Assembly: GCA_965207445.1 (NCBI GenBank)
Contig: CBDBLX010000002.1
Location: 1,024,001-1,088,000 of the forward strand
Origin: Nitrosopumilus sp.
GTDB lineage: Archaea > Thermoproteota > Nitrososphaeria > Nitrososphaerales > Nitrosopumilaceae
Length of the DNA stretch: 64,000 nt
Direction: 5' to 3'
Each line of letters begins with the position of its first letter. Positions within the stretch are counted from its first letter, which is position 1. Positions 22,820 to 33,275 of the stretch are shown here, one piece after another. The notes below the pieces were generated by a model. The model worked only from the letters and a program-made list of their open reading frames with translations, was not told the origin of the DNA and searched no databases. The translations under genes and the position numbers were made by a program.

Positions 22820-23309
22820 ATTAACACGTTACATAATTCCTTGACATCTGAGTAAAACAAAATATCATGTATGTATGGCAGACTTGTAGCATAGATACAA
22901 GGCATCTTAGATAACATGTGATTACTTGATTCGTGACAATTCTGACTGAGATGCCATCAATTCCAATTATGTATTTCTGTATCTGTACGCAATTTACAAC
23001 ATACATGGGACTTGCCTGCATCAAATGTCATACAAATTTCTCTGCCCATCAGTAGCATCACATTGTAGGTAAATATCGTATTGTTGATCTCTTGAATTGT
23101 ATTTTGATTTTTTTTTGCCTTGTCCGAATCACAAAGATTATTTTAAGTGCTAATATAACAATCTCCGCAATACACTATGTGCAATGCCTTGGCCCATTTT
23201 TCCCACTTTCTGTGGTTTTTCATATTTGGGTTCAAGGTATTAGAAAAGCTTGTGGTAATTATCTGCAGGGGTGTGACTTTTGGGTAAAGCATTCAGAAAT
23301 TATACAACA

Positions 23310-23345
23310 CATTAATTTAAGGTAATACGTAACTATCTGGACCTG
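23310..23345 (+). repeat. Left arm of ~36-bp imperfect inverted repeat
   Basis: CATTAATTTAAGGTAATACGTAACTATCTGGACCTG versus reverse complement of 27281-27316, CATTTAAATTAGGTAAACGTAACTATTTGGACCTTG. Confidence 0.8.
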
Positions 23346-23378
23346 ATTTTTTGGATAATTTGAACATTTAATTACACA

Positions 23379-23960
23379 TTAAATGATCTTTTTATGTAAT
23401 GGGTCTGAAATGACTTGAATACTTGACTCTATCTTTGAAATATCTTTAACCAGAATATCTGTCAAGAGATCAAACAAATTTTCATCTTTGTGATTGTACC
23501 TAAACTCGATATACTTGCGATATAATGGGACATGTGTTTTTGGAACACCATGATATGCATACAGAAAATTTTTGGCAAACTCCAAAAACCTTCAATACAG
23601 TTTATGTACACATCATCTCTAACATATTCATCCCTACTATGAGTCACCACTTGATGTGTACTGAGCCCATCAAGTGTGCCGTATGTAGTATGTTCATCTG
23701 CACAGTACAAAGAATCTGACATAGTATGCTTTTCAATTATGGGTCTGAGTGTTTTTTGCTTTCAATTAGGCATAATAAATGTGCAAATTAGTCCATTTTT
23801 AGAATGTGTGCCAAAGACGAGTGTTTTTCCTGCAGCTCCCACACCCCGTTTTCCTTTTCGATTACCTCCAAACATTGCCTCATCCAATTCTACTTTACCA
23901 CCAAAGACGAGTTTTGAAGATGTGTCATATATGGCCTGTCTGAATAACATGAATGTTTGC
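23379..23960 (-). pseudogene. IS1595-family transposase, frameshifted and 5'-truncated
   Basis: Three pieces: GKVELDEAMFGG..KGKRG.GAAGK.LVFG; H.RDEYV...IN.IEGFWS; YHGV...H..LY...EFRYN. Confidence 0.9.
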
Positions 23961-23974
23961 TCAATGGTACAAAG

Positions 23975-24123
23975 GTATGAACCAAGCTCTTTGAATACAA
24001 TAATAAAATCACATATCTGTATTTGGTTATATCCTTACTTGAATATAGAATTCTGCATTTGTGCGATGCTTGACTCGGTACTATTTTTTAATGACCATAT
24101 CAGTCATAGAGCTTGGTTCACAC
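23975..24123 (+). mobile_element. MITE family B (copy 3, best-preserved terminal inverted repeats)
   Basis: GTATGAACCAAGCTCT...AGAGCTTGGTTCACAC 16-bp inverted repeat with 1 mismatch; abuts the truncated 5' end of the IS1595 transposase. Confidence 0.85.
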
Positions 24124-24370
24124 GAATTTTCTTTTCATATTTTATTTTTAATTGAATACATGCATCATCTGCTTTGTCTGGTCTTTTTTGACTCATGGTG
24201 TTGGTAAAGAGCTTTGATCATATATGTGTATTTATTGTTTCCACTGATTTAGATAGATTAATTTAAGTATAAAAAAATATTATCGTAAAACCTCAAAATC
24301 TAAATTATTTTATTTATTCATATTCAAATTTTAAATGAATATATCCGTCAGGAAGGTTGGTTCAGATGAT

Positions 24371-24377
24371 TTTTATA
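24371..24377 (+). promoter_or_regulatory. Candidate TATA box for the gene starting at 24399
   Basis: TTTTATA about 22-28 nt upstream of the ATG, matching archaeal leaderless spacing. Confidence 0.5.
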
Positions 24378-24398
24378 GTACGTTGGAGTCGCAGTTGT

Positions 24399-26367
24399 AT
24401 GACTATTTCATTAATTAGACAGCTGCGCGTCAAGCAGAGATCTGTTCCCTCTCAATCCCCCCCCCTCTCACACCCCACTCCATCATTCTAACGCGCAACA
24501 TCACCTTTTTACAATAATAACGCCTCTTTTACTTGCCGGAATTATAATCACAATAGTTGCAGCCGTTCCGGCAGCTGACTGGGCCGGCGCCGGCCACGGT
24601 TATGCCGTCCCCCCAATCCCCGACGACCTGAACAGGGCGGCCGTCACGTTCAACTCGCCCTCGGGCGGTGGCACCCTGATAGGGACCGTGACGCTCGAGC
24701 GCCCCGCCACCAAGCAGATGAAGTTCGCAGCCGAGATACGCGAGTGTGTTGTGGACCTGGGCAACGTCGGCAATATCCCACTCCGGTCGGCTAACATGTG
24801 CGGCAGCGACGCGCGCGCCAGCCTGGACCCCAACGACGCGGGGCGCGACTTTTCGCGCAACGTAATCTGGACGGACTCCACCAAGAGCACCGTAGCATAC
24901 TACTATATCCCGACGTACAGGACGATAACCATAGAGAAGGGCCAACAGACCGCCGACGCTACGTGGCAGACGCACAACGACGGCACGTCAAACACGCAGT
25001 CGTTCACGGTGGCGGTCACGCCCCTCACCGGGGGCCCCGTGTACGCACACCACTGGGTGGATCCGGCGAGGCCGCCGGCCGGGACGTTCATGTCCCAGCA
25101 CCACTGGAAGGCGCAGATAAACCCCCCGGTGGTGACTGTCGGCGCAAGTGGTTCCACCAACGTCGTGGAGGGCACCGAGCTCCAAGTACGATTCACCGCA
25201 GCCCCGGCTGCGAACCCGGCGATTCAATTAACCTTCTCCATCTCGGAGACCGGGGACGTTATACACTCTAGCATTGAGGGCATCCGAACCAATATGATCG
25301 AGAGCGGTCTTACCTATAGAATTACGACCCAAGGCGACAGCACCGACGAGGTCGACAGCACCGTCACGGTATCGCTGCGCGCGGGGGACGGCTACACCGT
25401 GGGCAGCCCGTCCAGCGTCACCTTCACCGTCCGCGACAACGACCCAGGCCCACTGGGCAGCGGCAGCCCCCAGCCCCCCACTACCGTCTCGATAGGCATA
25501 GCGGGCGGCGGCGCAGAGGGCGACCCCGTCTCGTTCGGCATCGGCGCGTCCCCCGCGCCCCTGTCGCCTTTGCCAGTCAACGTCACCCTTTCGGGCGCCG
25601 GGAACGTACTCAACGCCTCTGACGCGGGCTGGCGCATCGTGGAGATCCCGCCGATCGGCTCGTATACATTGGAGGTTCCGACCATAGATGACGGCGTCAT
25701 AGACGTCAACAATGTTACGCTCACGATAAACCCAGGCGCCGGCTACACGCCGGGCCAATTTGCAAGCTGGACCGTGGACGTCCAGGACGCCGGGACGACG
25801 TCAAGCCTGATGCAGCCGCCCGTGTACGACAAGCTCACCCAGGCTCAGAATCTGACGGCAGTCGCCATAGACCCAGCGCTGGTCGCCAACGTGACCGCGA
25901 TGGCGTCCCAGGTGCAGCACGGCGCAGACCATGTGGACAGGTGGAACCGCGTTCTAGCTGCCTTTGGTGAGATTGACCACTCAAACCCGATGACCGCAGC
26001 AGAGGCCCGCGACAACGCCGAGAAATACAGCAGCCCGCTGTGGCCAAAGATTGCAGACGTGCTGACATTGCTAGATGCGGCGGCAGCAGAACAAGACGGG
26101 CCGCAGACGCCGCCGGACGTACCGACTGAGCCGGACGCGCCGCCCGCCATAGACCCTGCGCTGATCAACAACGTCAGGGAGCTGGCGGCACAGACGCAGC
26201 ACGGCGATGCGCACGTCGACCGCTGGAACCGCGTGCTGGCCGCATTCGGCGAGATTACCCACGACAACCCGATGACCGCAGCAGAGGCGCAAACCAATGC
26301 AGAAAAGTACAGCAGCCCACTATGGCCGCAGATTGCAAAAGTACTAACGCAGCTTGAGTCAAGGTAG
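24399..26367 (+). CDS. GC-rich secreted surface protein (two Calx-beta/Ig-like repeats, two HVDRWNRVLAAFG repeats), frameshifted at a C9 tract (24457-24465)
   Basis: Main frame is open from 24415 through a signal-like segment LFTIITPLLLAGIIITIVAAVPAA; the upstream ATG is in another frame and C9 to C8 joins them into a 655-aa protein. Confidence 0.8.
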
Positions 26368-26438
26368 GTGTTAACCTCGTGCCTAGATTTTCACCATTTG
26401 TGTGATTTTTTTTGCCCCACCTGTTCCAAATGCTACAA

Positions 26439-26502
26439 GTCAGTATTTCGCAATGTGTTTTATATGATTTTATTTGAATAATATGCAATCTCGTTAAACA
26501 TT
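26439..26502 (+). mobile_element. 64-bp repeat family D, probable ISH3-like left end
   Basis: Near-identical to 35850-35913; CAGTA-type start; precedes an ISH3-like transposase remnant. Confidence 0.6.
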
Positions 26503-26599
26503 GATGATCATACTTGATCAAATTAAATAGAAAATACAATATATGGGGATATTCTAATACCTTTCATCATATATGAAAAATTAGGTACCAAAACATCAA

Positions 26600-27129
26600 T
26601 ATGAATTAGGACAAGTAAATTATAAAGTTTTACGAAAACGATTCGACGATCTCAGACTAAACATATCAACCAGATATAACAGCAAGTATGGTGTGAATGA
26701 TTATCTTGGTACACTTGCAACCATATCGTTCAATAACATGTGTGTAAATGCAGCAACGCACAAAAGAAAACGTAATGAGGCTAACTATTTTAGAAAAAGC
26801 GAGCGCATAAGCATCCCATCTGAAAATACTGTGCTCAAATGCCTAAAGAGTACAGATCTAGAGCAAGTAAAACAATGGGGTGACGAGAACGTCAAATGTT
26901 TAACAATGCCAGAAAATACAACATGCTCAAAAAAGGCCAAGCACTATTGCAATTGATGACTGGATGGGAATATTATGGCAAGGCACTCAAACCTGAGATG
27001 CTAAAAACAAAGCACAAAAATGGCACCGCGATTTCATTCGTTTATGACACAGCACAAGTGGGAAATCAAGCAGAACATACCTTTGTTTACACTTTACTTA
27101 CATTGATATCTAGAACTCAGTCGATTTAG
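26600..27129 (+). pseudogene. ISH3-like (IS4 superfamily) transposase remnant
   Basis: Fragments IPSENTVL..L, AIDD..EYYG and KNGT...F.Y.T in shifted frames. Confidence 0.6.
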
Positions 27130-27280
27130 TGACCTGTGATTGCATTTTGGGCAAACTTGCCCTCATGCCCATCTTTTCTTGAGAAAAATGCCTTACTTTT
27201 TGTCAAATTATTTACTAAGATTTTTGGATGGTTGTTAGGCACTACCTAGGCGTGAAATTATTTATCAATATGTGCTCTTT

Positions 27281-27316
27281 CAAGGTCCAAATAGTTACGT
27301 TTACCTAATTTAAATG
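27281..27316 (-). repeat. Right arm of ~36-bp inverted repeat
   Basis: Pairs with 23310-23345; contains the IS66-like end CCAAATAGTTAC. Confidence 0.8.
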
Positions 27317-27351
27317 CAAAACGTATTATCTTTGATTTTTAAAACTACCAT

Positions 27352-28083
27352 ATGAGAAAGATATTACTTTTACCTCTGTTTCTTGGCATTGCTGCTGCAA
27401 TAACGTTTGCCGGATTATTAATCACTGATTCAAATTTTACAACACATGATGATGATGATGCATTGTCTGTCACCCAACCATTGAGTGTACCTTTTGATGA
27501 TGTGGCACAAAAATCTGAGTTGGAAATACCTCCTGCTATATTTACATATTATGATACTGAGAGTGTGTCTGATTCCTTGATGGCATATGGACTACTTTTG
27601 TCTGTACCTGTACCTGTAACAGATCATACAATATCAAAGTATTGTACATATTATAATGGCACATCTGAGAAATTTGAGTCTGTTTCGTACTGTACGACAA
27701 GTGGAATTTCAGACAAGAATGGTATTACTGTTGGAAATTTTAACTTAGGTGGCGATATATCAAATCCTGTAGTATCAATTACTGTATTGGACCCTGTACT
27801 GTCTATTGAGACTGGACACACGATGCCTGCTATGATCTTTGCAGGTGTGATAGAGGGACTTGTATGTGACTGTTGGGCTGAAAAGAAACCTGGCGGATTT
27901 ACATCTGTATTGGAGTGGATGAGTAAATCAGAGTCGATACTAGTTGAAAATCCTGATAAAACATCACTAAAGTCTACTATAGGTGGTCTTGCAGATGGTG
28001 TTACGGTTACACTAGAAGCCACTGCACTATCTAATGGATATCAATGGTCGCTAGTCATATTACAACAGCAACCCCCATCATAA
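27352..28083 (+). CDS. Membrane-anchored hypothetical protein
   Basis: N-terminal hydrophobic helix, Cys-containing domain (LVCDCW), host-like composition. Confidence 0.7.
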   Translation: MRKILLLPLFLGIAAAITFAGLLITDSNFTTHDDDDALSVTQPLSVPFDDVAQKSELEIPPAIFTYYDTESVSDSLMAYGLLLSVPVPVTDHTISKYCTYYNGTSEKFESVSYCTTSGISDKNGITVGNFNLGGDISNPVVSITVLDPVLSIETGHTMPAMIFAGVIEGLVCDCWAEKKPGGFTSVLEWMSKSESILVENPDKTSLKSTIGGLADGVTVTLEATALSNGYQWSLVILQQQPPS

Positions 28084-28220
28084 CCCCCATCATAATAATG
28101 CAATAATGTGCACAATTACATTCATATATGATTCTAACTATATTGATCCTGTTAATACTTGAAACATATCACTCATATGGTAACCACTAGATTATTATCC
28201 AATCATTCATTGCATAAATA

Positions 28221-29048
28221 ATGGAAAAGATAAAACAAAAATCTCGTGTACTGTTGTATTACAATCGCTCAAAAAAGTGGCTCGTTACAATAAAAAAAGG
28301 TGAACAACTACATACTCACATTGGTGTACTGTCTCATGATGATGCCATTGGAAAAGAGTATGGCATGCGAATTACAACAAACAAGTCAAAATATGTCTAT
28401 TTGATAAAACCTACTTTGTATGACCATGTTATGAAACTACAACATGGTACACAGATCATCTATCCAAAAGAATTGGGATACATTGTGGCACGCGCCGGTA
28501 TTGGAAGTGGCCAAAAGATACTAGAGATTGGGACTGGAAGCGGTTCACTAACATCTTTTGTGGCAAATATTGTGAGGCCTCGTGGACATGTGTACTCGTT
28601 TGATGTAAATGATGACTTTTTAAAAATTGCACAAAAAAACATAGATCGTGCTGGTGTTGATAAATACGTGACATTGCACAATCTTGATGTAAAAAAACTT
28701 GACTTTGATGAAACTGATCCATGCTGTGATAATGATGACTCGATGCCTGTTTGTGATGCAGATTTGGCCATAATTGATTTGGGTGATCCATGGACTGTAT
28801 TGCCTCAAGTACGAAAAATGCTAAAGGGAAGTGGTTCTTTATTTGCTATATGTCCGACTATGAATCAGTTGGAAAAATTGACAGAAGCTCTAGTTGAAAA
28901 TGAGTTTACTGATATAGAGTCTACTGAGCAAATAATAAGAAACATTGATGCACGAGTTGGCAAGACACGTCACTCTTTTGATGGGATTGGACACACCACA
29001 TACTTGTGTTTTGCACGTAAAGTATTTTTTGAAAAAAATACGTTGTGA
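28221..29048 (+). CDS. trmI: tRNA (adenine-N1)-methyltransferase
   Basis: TQIIYPKE, LEIGTGSGSLT, IDLGDPW and IGHTTYL motifs. Confidence 0.93.
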   Translation: MEKIKQKSRVLLYYNRSKKWLVTIKKGEQLHTHIGVLSHDDAIGKEYGMRITTNKSKYVYLIKPTLYDHVMKLQHGTQIIYPKELGYIVARAGIGSGQKILEIGTGSGSLTSFVANIVRPRGHVYSFDVNDDFLKIAQKNIDRAGVDKYVTLHNLDVKKLDFDETDPCCDNDDSMPVCDADLAIIDLGDPWTVLPQVRKMLKGSGSLFAICPTMNQLEKLTEALVENEFTDIESTEQIIRNIDARVGKTRHSFDGIGHTTYLCFARKVFFEKNTL

Positions 29049-29149
29049 TGACCACTCAACTTTATGTGTATACTAGTTAAAAACTAGATAATCTTTTCGT
29101 GATTTTTCGATTTTATTACTGGCGCTCTTATCTCAATTATTAAGTATCT

Positions 29150-29800
29150 ATGAGATATCCCAAGACGTAATAACGGGACTGGTCAAAAAATTGGCCAAAA
29201 AAGATGACAAGATTGCAGAACAACAGCAGATCATTGAGAGTATGGAGAGTGAGTTGAGGGTATACAAGGATAGGGTGAACTATGGTGATGATGATGGTGT
29301 GTGTGAAAAGATAATGATGCTGACAGTGGAGCAGAAGAAAAAAAAGAACTCGGGCAAAAAAAGACCCGGCGTGAATACCGACGCGCCGTGGTCGTGTATG
29401 AGGCGCAAAAAATTGGCTTGATCCCAAGACGGTTGCAGCAGAGACGCAAAAAAAGAAGAAGAAAGCCGGGGGCCCAGAAGGACCACAGAGGTGCGTCGCG
29501 CAGGGGAAAAGTTGACAAGACTGTACACATCTAATCCGGATTATGCGACGGGTGTGAAATATTTGATGGGATAAGAGTCAAGACCATTCGCAAGCGCATA
29601 ATTGACTTGGGCAAACCTAGGCGAACCACAAGTGAAGTGATGTATGTTAAGAATGAGGCTGTGTCCGGAATGCCTCATCCATGTCATCCCGCACGCAGAT
29701 GACATACATGGTACGTCATTTGGGCCGAGCTTGCGCGCACAAATCCACACATACCGGGACGGACATGCAACAGACGACATCCATAGTCCAGTTTCGTCCC
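29150..29800 (+). pseudogene. IS66-family (ISBst12-like) transposase N-terminal remnant
   Basis: Coiled coil, then KPGAQKDHRG, CPEC and GTSFGPSLRA pieces in shifted frames. Confidence 0.7.
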
Positions 29801-29897
29801 CTACAGGCATAATTGACCAATACGGCTGGCAGGGTTGTCGCCACATGGGTATGAATTTGACCTGATCTGATACCATTTGAGACAATACCAACTCCTC

Positions 29898-29915
29898 GTA
29901 ACGTTTAACCGTTAC
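29898..29915. repeat. Collapsed GTAAC...GTTAC end (GTAACGTTTAACCGTTAC)
   Basis: Resembles family A ends and 48774-48788; 17 bp upstream of the 29933 gene. Confidence 0.5.
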
Positions 29916-29932
29916 TATACCCACCGTCACAC

Positions 29933-30409
29933 ATGACAGATCCGCGCCTGGCAAGATTCATCCAGTTCCTAGAGGATGAGAACTTGGTAAAATTTGACAT
30001 AGACGGAGAAGGAGAGCGCCAGTTTGAGAACCGGTTCCTGATTCAAAAGTATGTGTTTCTGGCCCAGAAATTCGGGCTTGACCTGCCGTATGACTATGAC
30101 ATTTACACGTGCGGGCCCTACTCCAGTGCCCTTACTAAAACTTACTACAGCATGGCAAGAAACGGGAATGTGTACATGCTGGCCGACAACTCGTCCTTGG
30201 GGGCGTCGTTTGACGCGGAGGGATTCCTCAAGGCAATACGCGACAAGGACAAGCTCTGGCTAAGGGCTGCCACCACCCTGATCAGCTGTGGCAAGCGTTA
30301 CAAAGATCGCGGGGATCTGGTTGAGATTACCAAGTACATAGAAGACGACGAGGAGGACATGCACGTCTCAAAAACATTGTCAGATCTGGAAGCATTACGT
30401 ATTTTGTAA
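29933..30409 (+). CDS. YwgA/Panacea (SocA)-like protein, putative antitoxin
   Basis: RFLIQKYVFLAQ...YDYDIY..GPYS..L motif; GC-richer than host. Confidence 0.65.
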   Translation: MTDPRLARFIQFLEDENLVKFDIDGEGERQFENRFLIQKYVFLAQKFGLDLPYDYDIYTCGPYSSALTKTYYSMARNGNVYMLADNSSLGASFDAEGFLKAIRDKDKLWLRAATTLISCGKRYKDRGDLVEITKYIEDDEEDMHVSKTLSDLEALRIL

Positions 30410-30633
30410 GTCGTCCCGGATTTAGTCGGGTATTTCTGGATACACACTCAAACAGAGCGCTCTCGTATTTCTTGATCTTCAGGTTCTCCAGCATGTCGTT
30501 GTCGCGGGTAAAAAAGAACTTGGAGTCGGGATCGGCCAGCACCTCTGACAGAATCATCGCATCGTTCGGTGTCAGTCGATCATCAAGTTCATGTATGTCC
30601 GGCATTATACGCGGCGTATTCATGCGGGTACTC
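30410..30633 (-). pseudogene. PIN-domain C-terminal fragment truncated at an IS66-type end
   Basis: LTPNDAMIL...FFTRD.DML; no N-terminal DTN motif; abuts GGGTGAACGGTTAC at 30634-30647. Confidence 0.6.
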
Positions 30634-30704
30634 GGGTGAACGGTTACTTTTAAAAAACAACACTTGATGGACAAAAATTTATTATTCTCTGATGTGGCTA
30701 GTAT

Positions 30705-31766
30705 ATGGAATCGCATAATAGTAATGTTCTAGTAGATGATAATGATACTTTGTCACCTTTGAATGCATCATACGTCAATGATAAAACCATGGCAGATTTT
30801 TTACCTGCACGACATACATCATCACGAAAAGGGCAAAACGGTAAAGTGTTAGTTGTCGGTGGCAGTAACATATACCATGGCGCACCTATACTCTCGTCAC
30901 TTGCTGCCCTCAGATTTTGTGCAGATTTGGTGTACACTGCAGTACCAAAGATGAATGCTGTTGCTACTAGGGCAATATCATCTGACTTGATCGTACTCCC
31001 AATGGTAGATGCAAAGTTAACTAGGGGCTCTGTTGCAAAATTACTTGGCATGGTATCAAAACACACTTCTACTACCATACATCATAATCCTACCTCATCA
31101 AATCATACTAGCAATGATATGCAAGTTCAAACAAACTCCAATCATTCAACTTTAAACAACGCACAAACCAAATCTACACCACATGGCAGTCTTGATTCTG
31201 CTGCAATTGGAATGGGACTTGCAATCCAAGATCGTACTGCATTAATACGACTAGTAGACTCCCTTGTAAAATCTGATGTTCGTCTGGTCTTGGATGCATC
31301 TGCATTGGTCCCTGAGATCAAAAACACAATTAAAAATACACGTACAATAGTGACTCCTCATGCTGGTGAATTCCTACACCTGTTTGGCCATACCGTACCG
31401 CCAATCTCATCTAATATACAAGAAAGAATAGACATTGTCAGGGATCACGCATTGGATATGGGCATTACCATAATACTAAAGGGCTCAATTGATATAATAT
31501 CTGATGGCAAGATTACCTACTTGTGTGATGCAGGAACACCTGGAATGACCACTGGTGGAACAGGCGATGTTTTAACAGGTATTGCAGCAGGTGCTCTTGC
31601 AATATGTGATGATTCACTAAAAGCAGCAACCGTTGCAGCATATGTGAATGGCAAAGCAGGTGAGATTGTCTCCAAATCTTATAGTTATCATATGATTGCA
31701 AGTGATTTAATTGATGCAATACCTGTGGCACTCTCAGGTTTTGATCGCGTGACTACAAAAAAGTAA
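30705..31766 (+). CDS. nnrD: ADP-dependent NAD(P)H-hydrate dehydratase
   Basis: KGQNGKVLVVGGS..YHGAP, VTPHAGEF, GGTGDVLTG; His/Asn/Thr-rich insert. Confidence 0.92.
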   Translation: MESHNSNVLVDDNDTLSPLNASYVNDKTMADFLPARHTSSRKGQNGKVLVVGGSNIYHGAPILSSLAALRFCADLVYTAVPKMNAVATRAISSDLIVLPMVDAKLTRGSVAKLLGMVSKHTSTTIHHNPTSSNHTSNDMQVQTNSNHSTLNNAQTKSTPHGSLDSAAIGMGLAIQDRTALIRLVDSLVKSDVRLVLDASALVPEIKNTIKNTRTIVTPHAGEFLHLFGHTVPPISSNIQERIDIVRDHALDMGITIILKGSIDIISDGKITYLCDAGTPGMTTGGTGDVLTGIAAGALAICDDSLKAATVAAYVNGKAGEIVSKSYSYHMIASDLIDAIPVALSGFDRVTTKK

Positions 31767-33274
31767 TGCACAGTATAATAAGTCATCTGAATATACACTG
31801 TGTTGTGAAACGACAAAAAATAATTAACAAACAGACTAGTAAAGATGATCCAATTAATGCGATAATTAGGCGCGTATCTAAAGGCACTGATGAGATGATA
31901 TCAAACCTACAGCAATTGATCAGAGAACCTAGCGTATCTGCAAAAGGGCAAGGTCTAGAGAGCTGTGCCAAAACCCTATCTGATATGTTAATTGGTGCTG
32001 GATTACACTCTGAGATACTATATCTAAATAAATCTACAAATGCAGCTCCACCAATTGTATATGCTGAGATTCTCTCAAAGACAAACCCTACAAAGACACT
32101 CTTATTTTATAATCATTATGATGTGCAACCTGAAGAACCACTTGAGCAGTGGAGATATCCACCGTTTGAGGGTGTCAAAAAAGGCAACAAGGTGTATGGA
32201 CGCGGGGCCATCGATGACAAGGGTGAGATTGTAGCGCGGCTGTGCGCAGTGAAATCATATGTAAAAGAGATGGGTGGTGACATTCCTTGTAATATCAAAT
32301 TTTTGATCGAAGGTGAAGAAGAGATAGGAAGTAATCATATAACACAATACATGAAAAAATATCGTAGAAAATTTACATGTGATGCTGTAATATGGGAGTT
32401 TGGTTACGTTAGTCCTGATTGTCGTCCTATTGTTGGTCTGGGTATGAAAGGTCTAATGTTCGTAGAGTTGAGTGCACGAGGCCCTGTGAGAGATGCACAC
32501 TCTAGTTTGGCCGTACTGATCAAAAATCCTGCATGGCGGCTTGTGCAAGCACTACATGCGATACGCAGAGAAACTGACGGGCGTATATTGATTCGTGGCT
32601 GGTATGATGATGTCAAAGATCTTTCTGCAACTGATCTAAAACTATTGAGAGCCGAGCCGTTTGATGAGGAACAGTTCAAAAAAGAGTATGGTATACGCGA
32701 TTTTGTAGGTGGTGTACATGGTATGGCTGCTAAAAAAGCACTAGCTGCAACACCGACATGCAATATTGCAGGTATAATATCTGGATATACTGCTAGTGGT
32801 GCCAAGACAGTATTGCCTGCTATTGCAACAGTCAAACTTGACTTTAGATTGGTTCCAGAAATGATTCCTCAAAAGCAGTTTAAGTTACTCAAAAAACATC
32901 TCGCATCGACAGGTTTCTCTGATATATGTGCGACCATGCTACATGCTGAATCTGCTGCTAGAACTGATCCTACAAATCTGTTTGTTTGTAATGTTGCAGA
33001 TGCCGCTGAGTCGTCGTTTCAAGCTACTCCAATACTAAATGTGTCGAATCCTGCAACGGGTCCAATGTATGCGTTTACTCAAGTATTGGGGAATATACCA
33101 TGTGTGTCAGTTGGTGGCACTCATGTCTACTCTAAGATACACTCGCCAAATGAGTTTGCACGAATCGATCTTTTGAAAAAGACTGCCAAATGTATGTGCT
33201 ATGTAATAGATAACTTTGGCAGGTTCTCTTCCACGCAAGAAAAACAACTTAAAGACAAAGTGCCGTATTGTTAA
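31766..33274 (+). CDS. M20/DapE-family metallopeptidase
   Basis: YNHYDVQP, GRGAIDDKG, EGEEEIGS, HSPNE; true start may lie slightly downstream. Confidence 0.9.
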   Translation: MHSIISHLNIHCVVKRQKIINKQTSKDDPINAIIRRVSKGTDEMISNLQQLIREPSVSAKGQGLESCAKTLSDMLIGAGLHSEILYLNKSTNAAPPIVYAEILSKTNPTKTLLFYNHYDVQPEEPLEQWRYPPFEGVKKGNKVYGRGAIDDKGEIVARLCAVKSYVKEMGGDIPCNIKFLIEGEEEIGSNHITQYMKKYRRKFTCDAVIWEFGYVSPDCRPIVGLGMKGLMFVELSARGPVRDAHSSLAVLIKNPAWRLVQALHAIRRETDGRILIRGWYDDVKDLSATDLKLLRAEPFDEEQFKKEYGIRDFVGGVHGMAAKKALAATPTCNIAGIISGYTASGAKTVLPAIATVKLDFRLVPEMIPQKQFKLLKKHLASTGFSDICATMLHAESAARTDPTNLFVCNVADAAESSFQATPILNVSNPATGPMYAFTQVLGNIPCVSVGGTHVYSKIHSPNEFARIDLLKKTAKCMCYVIDNFGRFSSTQEKQLKDKVPYC

Positions 33275-33275
33275 T

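Noticed and set aside
22830..23300. Possible further transposase relic (similar case at 1590-1720)
   Set aside because: Only isolated short motifs; cannot be assigned without a search.
24529..26297. Many overlapping alternative-frame ORFs
   Set aside because: Shadow ORFs expected from high GC content.
25860..26367. Diversity-generating retroelement template/variable pair
   Set aside because: Both repeats are in frame in one gene, differences are not adenine-specific, and no reverse transcriptase is present.
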